DNA of 64,000 bases from Candidatus Levyibacteriota bacterium (lineage in GTDB: Bacteria; Patescibacteriota; Microgenomatia; Levybacterales; UBA12049). The notes under the pieces were generated by a model. The model was not told where the DNA came from. It ran no database searches and saw nothing but the letters and a program-made list of their open reading frames with translations. Made by a program: the position numbers and the translations under genes. Shown one piece after another: positions 1-6,732 of this stretch. Position 1 is the stretch's first letter; each line of letters opens with the position of its first letter. The stretch covers positions 269,992 through 333,991 of the forward strand of contig JBDRBE010000004.1 in the NCBI GenBank assembly GCA_043823085.1. The letters are read 5' to 3'.

Positions 1-64
1 AATGTGGTCAAGGCGCGTGTCTGAAGAACACGTTATTGGTGTTCGATTCACCACTTCGGCACCA
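1..64 (+). tRNA. tRNA-Phe(GAA), 5' end cut by window edge
   Basis: Anticodon arm CGTGT-CTGAAGA-ACACG, T arm TGGTG-TTCGATT-CACCA, encoded ACCA 3' end. Confidence 0.9.
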
Positions 65-157
65 CTGTCAAACTGAATTTATGGAAATTATCTAGTCGCT
101 TTTGTTTGTGCAGATTTTGATAAAACACATTAAGGCTTTGTTATAAGGTTGCATCAT

Positions 158-229
158 GCGGTGGTAGTTCAGTGGTAGAACGCTTCCTTGCCAAGGAAGA
201 GGTCGGGGGTTCGAATCCCCTCCGCCGCT
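158..229 (+). tRNA. tRNA-Gly(GCC)
   Basis: Acceptor GCGGTGG/CCGCCGC, anticodon arm CTTCC-TTGCCAA-GGAAG, GGTTCGAATCC T arm; CCA not encoded. Confidence 0.97.
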
Positions 230-272
230 CAAAACTTGACAACTTTTTAAAATTGTGTCAACATAATTGCAA

Positions 273-848
273 ATGAGGAAGCTAATCCTGCTCATAACTT
301 TCTTTATAATAACACCTATTTTCTTAATCCTAAGTAGTTATTTTCTTCTAAGATTTTCAAACGCAAATTCAACACAAATTCTTTTGGGAAAAAAGAACGA
401 AAACAAAGCTCCGGTTTACGCAGCGCTACCCTCTGTACAAGATGAATTTATAGCTGACATTATACAATCAGATATCAGAGTTGAAAATGTTAAACAGTTC
501 TTAGCAAGGTATAATTCACCGCTGGCTCCTTTTGCCCAAAACATTGTTTCATCGGCTGATTCAAACAACATTGACTACAGATTAATCCCTGCAATTGCCA
601 TGCAAGAATCAAATCTTTGCGCCAAAGTTCCAAAAAACTCCTACAACTGTTGGGGATTTGGAGTATATGGCAATAAAGTAAAAAGATTCGAAAATTATGG
701 GCAGGCGATAGAAGCAGTCACAAAAACGCTTGCACAAAATTATATTCAAGGCGGCCTCCAAACCCCGGAGGAAATAATGAAAAAATACACCCCTTCAAAC
801 GATGGCTCCTGGGCTAAAAGCGTCAACTTCTTCATGAACCAATTATAA
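273..848 (+). CDS. Membrane-anchored lysozyme-like/glucosaminidase-family peptidoglycan hydrolase
   Basis: N-terminal TM helix; motifs YNSPL, IDYRLIPAIAMQES, NCWGFG; ATG at 273 preferred over TTG at 267. Confidence 0.7.
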   Translation: MRKLILLITFFIITPIFLILSSYFLLRFSNANSTQILLGKKNENKAPVYAALPSVQDEFIADIIQSDIRVENVKQFLARYNSPLAPFAQNIVSSADSNNIDYRLIPAIAMQESNLCAKVPKNSYNCWGFGVYGNKVKRFENYGQAIEAVTKTLAQNYIQGGLQTPEEIMKKYTPSNDGSWAKSVNFFMNQL

Positions 849-979
849 ATAGCCTATATATCAAGCACTTTATCTGCCAATGATTGTTTGTCAAAATTAA
901 ACATTTGTTGCTATATTAGACCAATTCATAATTCTTAATTCCTGATTCCTGATTCAACAAAGGTTCGCGGTGGGGGGAC

Positions 980-1008
980 TTGACAAACCTATAGTTATCT
1001 GTTATACT
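980..1008 (+). promoter_or_regulatory. Sigma70 promoter
   Basis: TTGACA(980-985), 17-nt spacer, TG-n-TATACT(1003-1008). Confidence 0.75.
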
Positions 1009-1057
1009 TCCAAACTAGATCCTAAGGTTAGGCTTTGCCTAACGTTAGGATTTTTTT

Positions 1058-1618
1058 ATGTCCAAAACAATTTTGTCTTTTGTATTTCTTGTTGTCTTTC
1101 TGGCACTAATTATGCCGGAAGCTTCTTATGCAAAAGACGAATACGATCAAAAAATTATCAAAGTTATTTCTTCAAGCACGACCCTTAAGACCGAAGATTC
1201 TCGCACTAATCTTCTCCGACATTTTTTGAATAACTATAATTCTCCTTTAGCCGCAAATGCAGACACTTTTGTTGAAGAAGCTGATAAGAACAATCTCGAT
1301 TGGAGATTTGTTGCGGCTATTTCGGGCGTTGAATCAACCTTTGGGCTAGAAATTCCTTACAAATCCTATAATGCCTGGGGATGGGGAATTTATGGAGACA
1401 ATATGATAAGATTCAACTCGTACGATGAAGGAATTAAAGTCATTTCCAAAAGCTTGAGAGAGAAATACATTAATGCATGGGGGGCTCAAGACATTCATCA
1501 AATTGGACGATTTTACGCCGCCTCGCCAACATGGTCGCAAAGAGTAGTCTATCTTATGGAAAAAGTCGACGAGTTCGCAATAAACAATCCAAAAAATTAT
1601 CTTTCACTTTCTCTTTAA
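1058..1618 (+). CDS. Second lysozyme-like/glucosaminidase-family hydrolase, tandem paralog
   Basis: Signal peptide; YNSPL, LDWRFVAAISGVES, NAWGWG motifs shared with 273..848. Confidence 0.7.
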   Translation: MSKTILSFVFLVVFLALIMPEASYAKDEYDQKIIKVISSSTTLKTEDSRTNLLRHFLNNYNSPLAANADTFVEEADKNNLDWRFVAAISGVESTFGLEIPYKSYNAWGWGIYGDNMIRFNSYDEGIKVISKSLREKYINAWGAQDIHQIGRFYAASPTWSQRVVYLMEKVDEFAINNPKNYLSLSL

Positions 1619-1682
1619 ATTGTGTATAATTGTTTCGCCATTCCTGCGGACCACGTAAAACGTGGCAGGCGTGTCGAAAATT

Positions 1683-1765
1683 GGGTCGGTGGCGGAACTT
1701 GGTATACGCGTACGGTTTAGGACCGTATCCCGAAAGGGTTGGAGGTTCGATTCCTCTCCGACCCA
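1683..1765 (+). tRNA. tRNA-Leu(TAG)
   Basis: Acceptor GGGTCGG/CCGACCC, anticodon arm TACGG-TTTAGGA-CCGTA, long variable arm CCC-GAAA-GGG; usual position upstream of tig. Confidence 0.97.
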
Positions 1766-1781
1766 CAGGATAAAGGGTTCA

Positions 1782-1844
1782 CTTGCCCGCCCGAAGTGCA
1801 CCTTGAGCTGTATACAAATAGTATTGAAAAGGCGAAAGGGAAAC
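1782..1844 (+). repeat. Family-A palindromic element start with 51-nt structured cargo (copy 1)
   Basis: Starts CTTGCCCGCC; 1794-1844 is 40/51 identical, ungapped, to the reverse complement of 23803-23853. Confidence 0.8.
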
Positions 1845-1895
1845 GGAGCGGAGGGAGTCCCTTCGTCCGCACAGCATACTTTAGGAATTAAAATT

Positions 1896-2723
1896 ATGAT
1901 ATCTGCAATCGAAAAAATTGAAGACGGAACAATTAAGCTGACAATAACCGTACCTTTTCTTGAGGTTAAAAAAGCCAGAGAAAAGGTAATAGAGAATATT
2001 GCAAAAAACACCGATATTAAGGGATTTAGAAAAGGCAAAGCTCCTAAAAAATTGGTTGAAGAAAAAGTTGATGAAGAGAAAGTCAGAGAAGAAATTCTTA
2101 AAATTCTTCTTCCCGAAAGCTATTTAAATGCTGTTAAAGAACATGATTTAAAACCAATCATGAATCCTAAAATTCAGGTTACGTCGCTTGAAAAAGACAA
2201 AGATTGGCAATTTATCGCTTTTACTTGCGAGCTTCCAAATATTGACCTTGGAGAATATAAAGAGAATATCGGGAAAATTACAGCCAAAACAAAAATAATT
2301 ATTCCTGGAAAAGAAGCCCAAAAACCTCATTTTGAAGAGATAGTAACTGCACTTTTGAAAAGTGTTTCTGTTAAAATTCCAAAAATTCTTCTCGACGGAG
2401 AAGTCGAAAGATTGCTTTCACAAACGCTTGACGAAATAAAAAAACTCGGGCTTAATCTTGACCAATATTTAATGTCAACGGGTAAAACCGCTGAAACTTT
2501 ACGAGCCGAGTATGAAAAAAAAGCTGAAAATGATCTTAAGTTTGAATTTGCGCTTCAAAAAATCGCCGATATTGAAAAAATTACAGTCAGCGAAGAAGAG
2601 ATTAACGAGGCAATTCATAAAGCCAAGGACGAGAATGAAAGAAAGAACCTCGAAAAAAACCGTTATCTTTTGGCTGGAATTTTAAGACAGCAAAAAACCC
2701 TTGATTTTTTAAAAAACTTGTGA
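1896..2723 (+). CDS. tig: Trigger factor lacking the FKBP PPIase domain
   Basis: GFRKGKAP ribosome-binding motif; 275 aa from ATG 1896; the longer ORF-track start runs through tRNA-Leu. Confidence 0.9.
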   Translation: MISAIEKIEDGTIKLTITVPFLEVKKAREKVIENIAKNTDIKGFRKGKAPKKLVEEKVDEEKVREEILKILLPESYLNAVKEHDLKPIMNPKIQVTSLEKDKDWQFIAFTCELPNIDLGEYKENIGKITAKTKIIIPGKEAQKPHFEEIVTALLKSVSVKIPKILLDGEVERLLSQTLDEIKKLGLNLDQYLMSTGKTAETLRAEYEKKAENDLKFEFALQKIADIEKITVSEEEINEAIHKAKDENERKNLEKNRYLLAGILRQQKTLDFLKNL

Positions 2724-2738
2724 TAAGGTGAGGCCTAT

Positions 2739-3383
2739 ATGGCAGATAAAAAAACAAAAAAACAAAAAAAACAATTTATTAATAAAAATGCCGTTGAGGC
2801 CTTACAGGATGTAGGCGGAGGAATTGCAACAGCTGTCAAAAATGATGTGGCCAAAGGCATGATGACTGATCTTTGGGATCAATTTTTGGGCGCTGATAAA
2901 TACAAACAAAGCACAAAAGAAAGCGGAGACCTACAAGAAGGAGAGGAATTAAACCTTAGCGCAAAAAAAGACCAAAAAGAAGAACCTGCGGAAAAAACGC
3001 TTCCCGGACTTGATTATCAAAGAGAAATTCTTCACGGAGAAAGAAGAGTAATTGAAGAAAACAAGCAAGCTATTGAAGTCAAAATACAGGAAATTATTAT
3101 TGAAATTAAAAAACTAACAGCACAGTCCAAAGAACTGCAAGCCCAGTTTAAAGAAATTACTGTAGAAATACTCCCTGTAAATCCTGGCCAATACCATTTG
3201 AACTTTTTTGAATGGATGATTTTAACTATACGACAAGCCCGCATGAAAGTCGAAGATTCGGCGAGTTGGCTAGCTTTGTTTACCAGTAAAAAAGGGAAAA
3301 AGGAATACTGGGCAATGTTCAAAAAACACGGAACAACATTTGGTCTCTCCAACGAACGCGTGGTAGCCACCCAAACCGGCTAA
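2739..3383 (+). CDS. Conserved CPR-type coiled-coil hypothetical protein (DUF5660-like)
   Basis: Clean ORF after tig; C-terminal GxYHLNFFEW...SASWL pattern; family name from recollection. Confidence 0.6.
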   Translation: MADKKTKKQKKQFINKNAVEALQDVGGGIATAVKNDVAKGMMTDLWDQFLGADKYKQSTKESGDLQEGEELNLSAKKDQKEEPAEKTLPGLDYQREILHGERRVIEENKQAIEVKIQEIIIEIKKLTAQSKELQAQFKEITVEILPVNPGQYHLNFFEWMILTIRQARMKVEDSASWLALFTSKKGKKEYWAMFKKHGTTFGLSNERVVATQTG

Positions 3384-3390
3384 TTGCTTC

Positions 3391-3564
3391 TTGACAAACA
3401 ACTGATTCGAAGAATATAATTTCAATAGAGCATGAAAAAATCTTTATTAACCCTTACCATTACTATGCTCCTTTAAGAGGAGTTGAAATGGTTTGGGAGA
3501 GTAAAGAAGTTTCAAAATAACCAAATCAGTAATGTTTAATCTCCCAAACTTGGGAGATTTTTTT
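3391..3564 (+). promoter_or_regulatory. Promoter, Leu/Thr/Ile-rich leader peptide and attenuator
   Basis: TTGACA(3391)/TATAAT(3415); leader 3432..3476 MKKSLLTLTITMLL*; TTTGGGAGA antiterminator competes with terminator AATCTCCCA-AACT-TGGGAGATT-T5. Confidence 0.7.
3432..3476 (+). CDS. Putative leader peptide MKKSLLTLTITMLL
   Basis: 14-codon ORF between promoter and alternative hairpins; 5 Leu, 3 Thr, 1 Ile. Confidence 0.65.
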   Translation: MKKSLLTLTITMLL

Positions 3565-3575
3565 ATGGAGGAGAT

Positions 3576-3815
3576 ATGGAATTTGAAGTTTGTCCTGTAT
3601 GTAAACCTTTAACTTGTGAACGTTCATGCGCGGTTAGAGACGGAATAAATGGGTCTTCCAGAGCATGCAATGATAAGTGTACATTAGAAATAGAGTTTCG
3701 TGGTGGCGTCGAAACTATCGTTTGGACATGTAAAAAAGCCGCGTGCCATGCAAGAAAAGAAGCAATAAAAGCCCATAAAGAACATATTGTTTTCTCACGC
3801 ACGGCCACCGCCTAA
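3576..3815 (+). CDS. Small Cys-rich orphan protein (8 Cys)
   Basis: SD GGAGGAG before ATG; CxxC and CxxxC spacing. Confidence 0.6.
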   Translation: MEFEVCPVCKPLTCERSCAVRDGINGSSRACNDKCTLEIEFRGGVETIVWTCKKAACHARKEAIKAHKEHIVFSRTATA

Positions 3816-3876
3816 AAAAGACAATAAAAAATTCAAACTTGACAAATTAGGACAATTTAGATTAAAAATATAAAAT

Positions 3877-4653
3877 ATGCCAGAAACAGGAATCGGAGTC
3901 TTAGAAAAGCCTAAACTACCTCACCCGACCCATGAAATTGCCGCTTATTATACAGGGAAATATAACAGCGCGGAAAAATCAGATAGTCCAGAACTCGCGA
4001 GAATCAATCTTATAAAAATGGCTTTTCCTTATCTTTTGTCATTTAGACAAAGCGACAGAGTATTAGATATAGGAGCAGGAAAACAAATTTTAGAAAGGCA
4101 GCTTAGAAATTACTTTAAAAATAAGGCTGGAAGGCCACTTCAAATACCAATAGTAACTCTTGACGTAGCAAATATTAAGTATAGAAAGTTACTGGAAAAA
4201 AAACAAAAAAATATCCACCATGTATTAGCAAGGAGTGAAAAACTCCCAATTCCAGATGAAAGTATAGCCTTAGTAATTTCAAGCATGGCCTTGGATTTAA
4301 TGCCTGACGAAGCAATTGCTGAAGTTTTTCGAGTTTTGAAACCCTGCTCTCACGCTCTGATAACTCTCCATCATCCGGCGCTGATTCCAAATGATCTTGA
4401 AGAATTATTGAAGAAACAGAATGTTAGAGCAAGCGAAAGAAGAGTTTATGAAATTTGGGACTACCTTATCAAGAATCAGAAACTTTCAAGCGATATGAAT
4501 ACAATAGCAAACAGATTAAATAAATATGGCTTCAATATAGCAACTATTAATGAAGCACGCGACGAAAAAGATACATGGTGGGAGATAGATTTAATCAAAC
4601 CAGAAAAAGCTGATGAAAATAATCTGTGGGCTCAAGAGGAGTCGAACCTCTGA
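3877..4653 (+). CDS. Class I SAM-dependent methyltransferase
   Basis: VLDIGAG motif I, LP.PDES...V, EVFRVLKP; last codons overlap the antisense tRNA-Val 3' half. Confidence 0.8.
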   Translation: MPETGIGVLEKPKLPHPTHEIAAYYTGKYNSAEKSDSPELARINLIKMAFPYLLSFRQSDRVLDIGAGKQILERQLRNYFKNKAGRPLQIPIVTLDVANIKYRKLLEKKQKNIHHVLARSEKLPIPDESIALVISSMALDLMPDEAIAEVFRVLKPCSHALITLHHPALIPNDLEELLKKQNVRASERRVYEIWDYLIKNQKLSSDMNTIANRLNKYGFNIATINEARDEKDTWWEIDLIKPEKADENNLWAQEESNL

Positions 4654-4676
4654 CCTTTACAATGTCAATGCAACGC

Positions 4677-4782
4677 CCCGCCTGCCTTGCTGTGGAGTTG
4701 ACAGGATTCGAACCTGTGACCTTTGCAATGTCAATGCAACGCTCTAACCAACTGAGCTACAACTCCAAATACGGCGGGCAGG
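4677..4782 (-). mobile_element. 106-bp family-A palindromic element carrying a tRNA
   Basis: Minus-strand ends CCTGCCCGCC and GGCAGGCGGG, no target duplication. Confidence 0.8.
4693..4766 (-). tRNA. Inner intact tRNA-Val(GAC)
   Basis: GGAGTTG/CAACTCC acceptor, TTGCA-TTGACAT-TGCAA anticodon arm, ACAGG-TTCGAAT-CCTGT T arm. Confidence 0.97.
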
Positions 4783-4866
4783 TCTAACCAACTGAGCTAT
4801 GAGCCCTAAAATAACATTTAAATTTTAACAGATAAGAGTAAATCGAGCAAGATTAAGAATTTAAAC

Positions 4867-4922
4867 TTTATGAAAAAGATAATTTTAGCCTCTGCCTCTC
4901 CCCGAAGAAAAGAATTGTTAAA
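4867..4922 (+). repeat. 56-bp duplicate of the maf 5' end (partner 5878..5933)
   Basis: 54/56 identical direct repeat encoding MKKIILASASPRRxELL. Confidence 0.95.
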
Positions 4923-5748
4923 CTCTCTGTGGTGTTGGTGGAGGAAATACACTTTCTCCGCGGGGTGAGTTTGCAACCTTTATAACCGCATTTTTATCCA
5001 GCCGAAGTGTAAGAGCATAAGAAACCTTAGGAATGCCATCCTGAGGTCTTGGCTTATATTCAACTATCGTGGCAGATACTCCTGAAAGATTAGTTGCAAG
5101 ATCACCTACCCAACCATTCTGTTCGCTACTTTCACTAACATGATGCCATTTTTGATTCCTTCTGGCAAGGTTGATTAACAAAGGTAATGTAGCTCTATCC
5201 GTAAGCAAACCAATTCTTTTAAGCACTGGTTCTAATACCGAAGGATCTGTATGATCAAGTAAATAAAGATAATCACGAGATTGAAATGAGCCTGGGGTCT
5301 TTAGTTCATCTTGAAAAACGTCTTCTACGCCTGCAGGTTTTCCTTCCAATTCTCTTTCCACCTGAATTTTTTCAACCATCTCATGTATGTCATCTGCCAT
5401 CTTACGCAAGTTTTGACTTTTTCCACATAACATCCTTCTACGCTCATCACCTTCAGGAAATCCTTCAGCAACTTCATATAAAATATTATCTAACACTTCT
5501 ACTGGACTTTCTGCCAATTTTTCTTCTACTTCTCGTCTTGCCCTTTCTCCTGCCATCCTAGCAACATCAGCAATTACCCTACGTTGTTCTCGAGGAATAT
5601 CTAGTCCTATTGTTGGGACTATAATCTGTGCTTTTGTTCGCAACTCTGCTCTACGGGCTGAATCGCCCTTGGTATGTCGATTTATACGAGATTCCACTTG
5701 TTGGAGAGATGGTCTTGATCCTACTTCAGATCTTGGCTCACCATTCAT
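4918..5748 (-). CDS. Orphan hypothetical protein
   Basis: 276-aa ORF lying between the maf 5'-end duplicates; no recognised motif. Confidence 0.7.
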   Translation of the reverse strand: MNGEPRSEVGSRPSLQQVESRINRHTKGDSARRAELRTKAQIIVPTIGLDIPREQRRVIADVARMAGERARREVEEKLAESPVEVLDNILYEVAEGFPEGDERRRMLCGKSQNLRKMADDIHEMVEKIQVERELEGKPAGVEDVFQDELKTPGSFQSRDYLYLLDHTDPSVLEPVLKRIGLLTDRATLPLLINLARRNQKWHHVSESSEQNGWVGDLATNLSGVSATIVEYKPRPQDGIPKVSYALTLRLDKNAVIKVANSPRGESVFPPPTPQRV

Positions 5749-5880
5749 ATAGTGTCTTTGATGCTAGCATAGTTTTTTTACAAATGCAAGTGGTTTTTTC
5801 TTAAATACCTGTTAAAATACAGAGAGTAAAAATTTGTTTCCCGTACACGGGAGGGGTAAGGAAAGCTTATCCCGCATTTT

Positions 5881-6462
5881 ATGAAAAAGATAATTTTAGC
5901 CTCTGCCTCTCCTCGAAGAGAAGAATTGTTAAAAAATATCGGATTGAAATTCAGCGTTGAGCCAAGCAACTTAGATGAGAACATGACGCTAAATCTAAAA
6001 CCAGCTAAACTTGCTGAATTTTTATCATTCCAAAAAGCTAAAACCGTGGCCAAAAAATATAAAAATTCGATTATTATTGCCGCCGACACAATCGTTGTAA
6101 TCGGAAATGATATTTTAGGAAAAGCGCATACTGACAAAGAGGCAAAACAGATGTTAAATAAACTGAATGGAAAATCTCACTTGGTAATTACCGGATTTAC
6201 AATTATCGATAGCAATACAAATAAAAAAGTAACCAAATCCGAAAAAACAAAAGTATTCTTTAAAAAACTCAATGCACATGAAATAGATAATTATATAGCA
6301 ACAGGCGAACCGGTAAAAAAAGGAGGGGCGGGATCGTATTGCATTCAGGGTTTTGCCTCGATGTTTATAAAAAAAATTAAAGGAGACTATTTTAATGTTG
6401 TCGGCCTGCCGATATATTCGCTTATGGAATCTCTAAAAAAATTTGGCATCAAAGTTTTGTAA
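5881..6462 (+). CDS. maf: Maf-family nucleoside triphosphate pyrophosphatase
   Basis: IILASASPRR, IIAADT, NVVGLP motifs. Confidence 0.95.
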   Translation: MKKIILASASPRREELLKNIGLKFSVEPSNLDENMTLNLKPAKLAEFLSFQKAKTVAKKYKNSIIIAADTIVVIGNDILGKAHTDKEAKQMLNKLNGKSHLVITGFTIIDSNTNKKVTKSEKTKVFFKKLNAHEIDNYIATGEPVKKGGAGSYCIQGFASMFIKKIKGDYFNVVGLPIYSLMESLKKFGIKVL

Positions 6463-6469
6463 AATCAGC

Positions 6470-6609
6470 TTGACATGATGGTTGCAAAGTGATAAAGTTA
6501 AAATTATCAATATGAAAAAATTTGATTTAAAAAAAACTACTACTACCTTTTCCTTCTAGTGGGGGGTGGTAAGTTTGTGAAATAAAACCTCCCAATAGGA
6601 GGTTTTTTT
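6470..6609 (+). promoter_or_regulatory. Promoter, Thr leader peptide and attenuator upstream of thrS
   Basis: TTGACA(6470)-17-TAAAGT; leader with four consecutive Thr codons; GGGGGGT antiterminator; terminator AAAACCTCC-CAATA-GGAGGTTTTTTT. Confidence 0.85.
6512..6559 (+). CDS. Thr-rich leader peptide MKKFDLKKTTTTFSF
   Basis: ACT ACT ACT ACC run immediately upstream of thrS. Confidence 0.85.
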   Translation: MKKFDLKKTTTTFSF

Positions 6610-6732
6610 GTGTACATTTGAAAATTTATGAATAGCACACAATCCGTCTAAAAGCGCTCTTCGAGACAAGTCTGACTTGCTCGAGAAGTAAGCTTAGATG
6701 GATGTGTTAAATTCTGATATAATATAAAAATT

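Larger units (their letters stand above)
4627..4806 (-). tRNA. Outer tRNA-Val(GAC) split in the D-stem by a 106-bp insertion (halves 4783..4806 and 4627..4676)
   Basis: Joined halves give GGGCTCATAGCTCAGTTGGTTAGA+GCGTTGCATTGACATTGTAAAGGTCAGAGGTTCGACTCCTCTTGAGCCCA, a complete cloverleaf. Confidence 0.9.

Noticed and set aside
92-295. 67-aa minus-strand ORF
   Set aside because: Antisense shadow of tRNA-Gly (GGGDSNPRPLPWQGSVLPLNY is a typical tRNA reverse translation).
1794-1844. HDV-like/theta ribozyme downstream of tRNA-Leu
   Set aside because: GGCGAA followed by a pairing strand is suggestive, but no P3/L3 or P1.1 fits and a simple covarying hairpin explains the data better.
1662-1895. 78-aa N-terminal extension of trigger factor in the ORF track
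   Set aside because: Runs through tRNA-Leu and a repeat element; ATG 1896 gives a normal N-terminus.
4677-4782. Group I/II intron or prophage attL/attR at tRNA-Val
   Set aside because: Insert is too short with no catalytic core; both halves of the outer tRNA are present and the inner copy is complete and divergent, unlike an att duplication.
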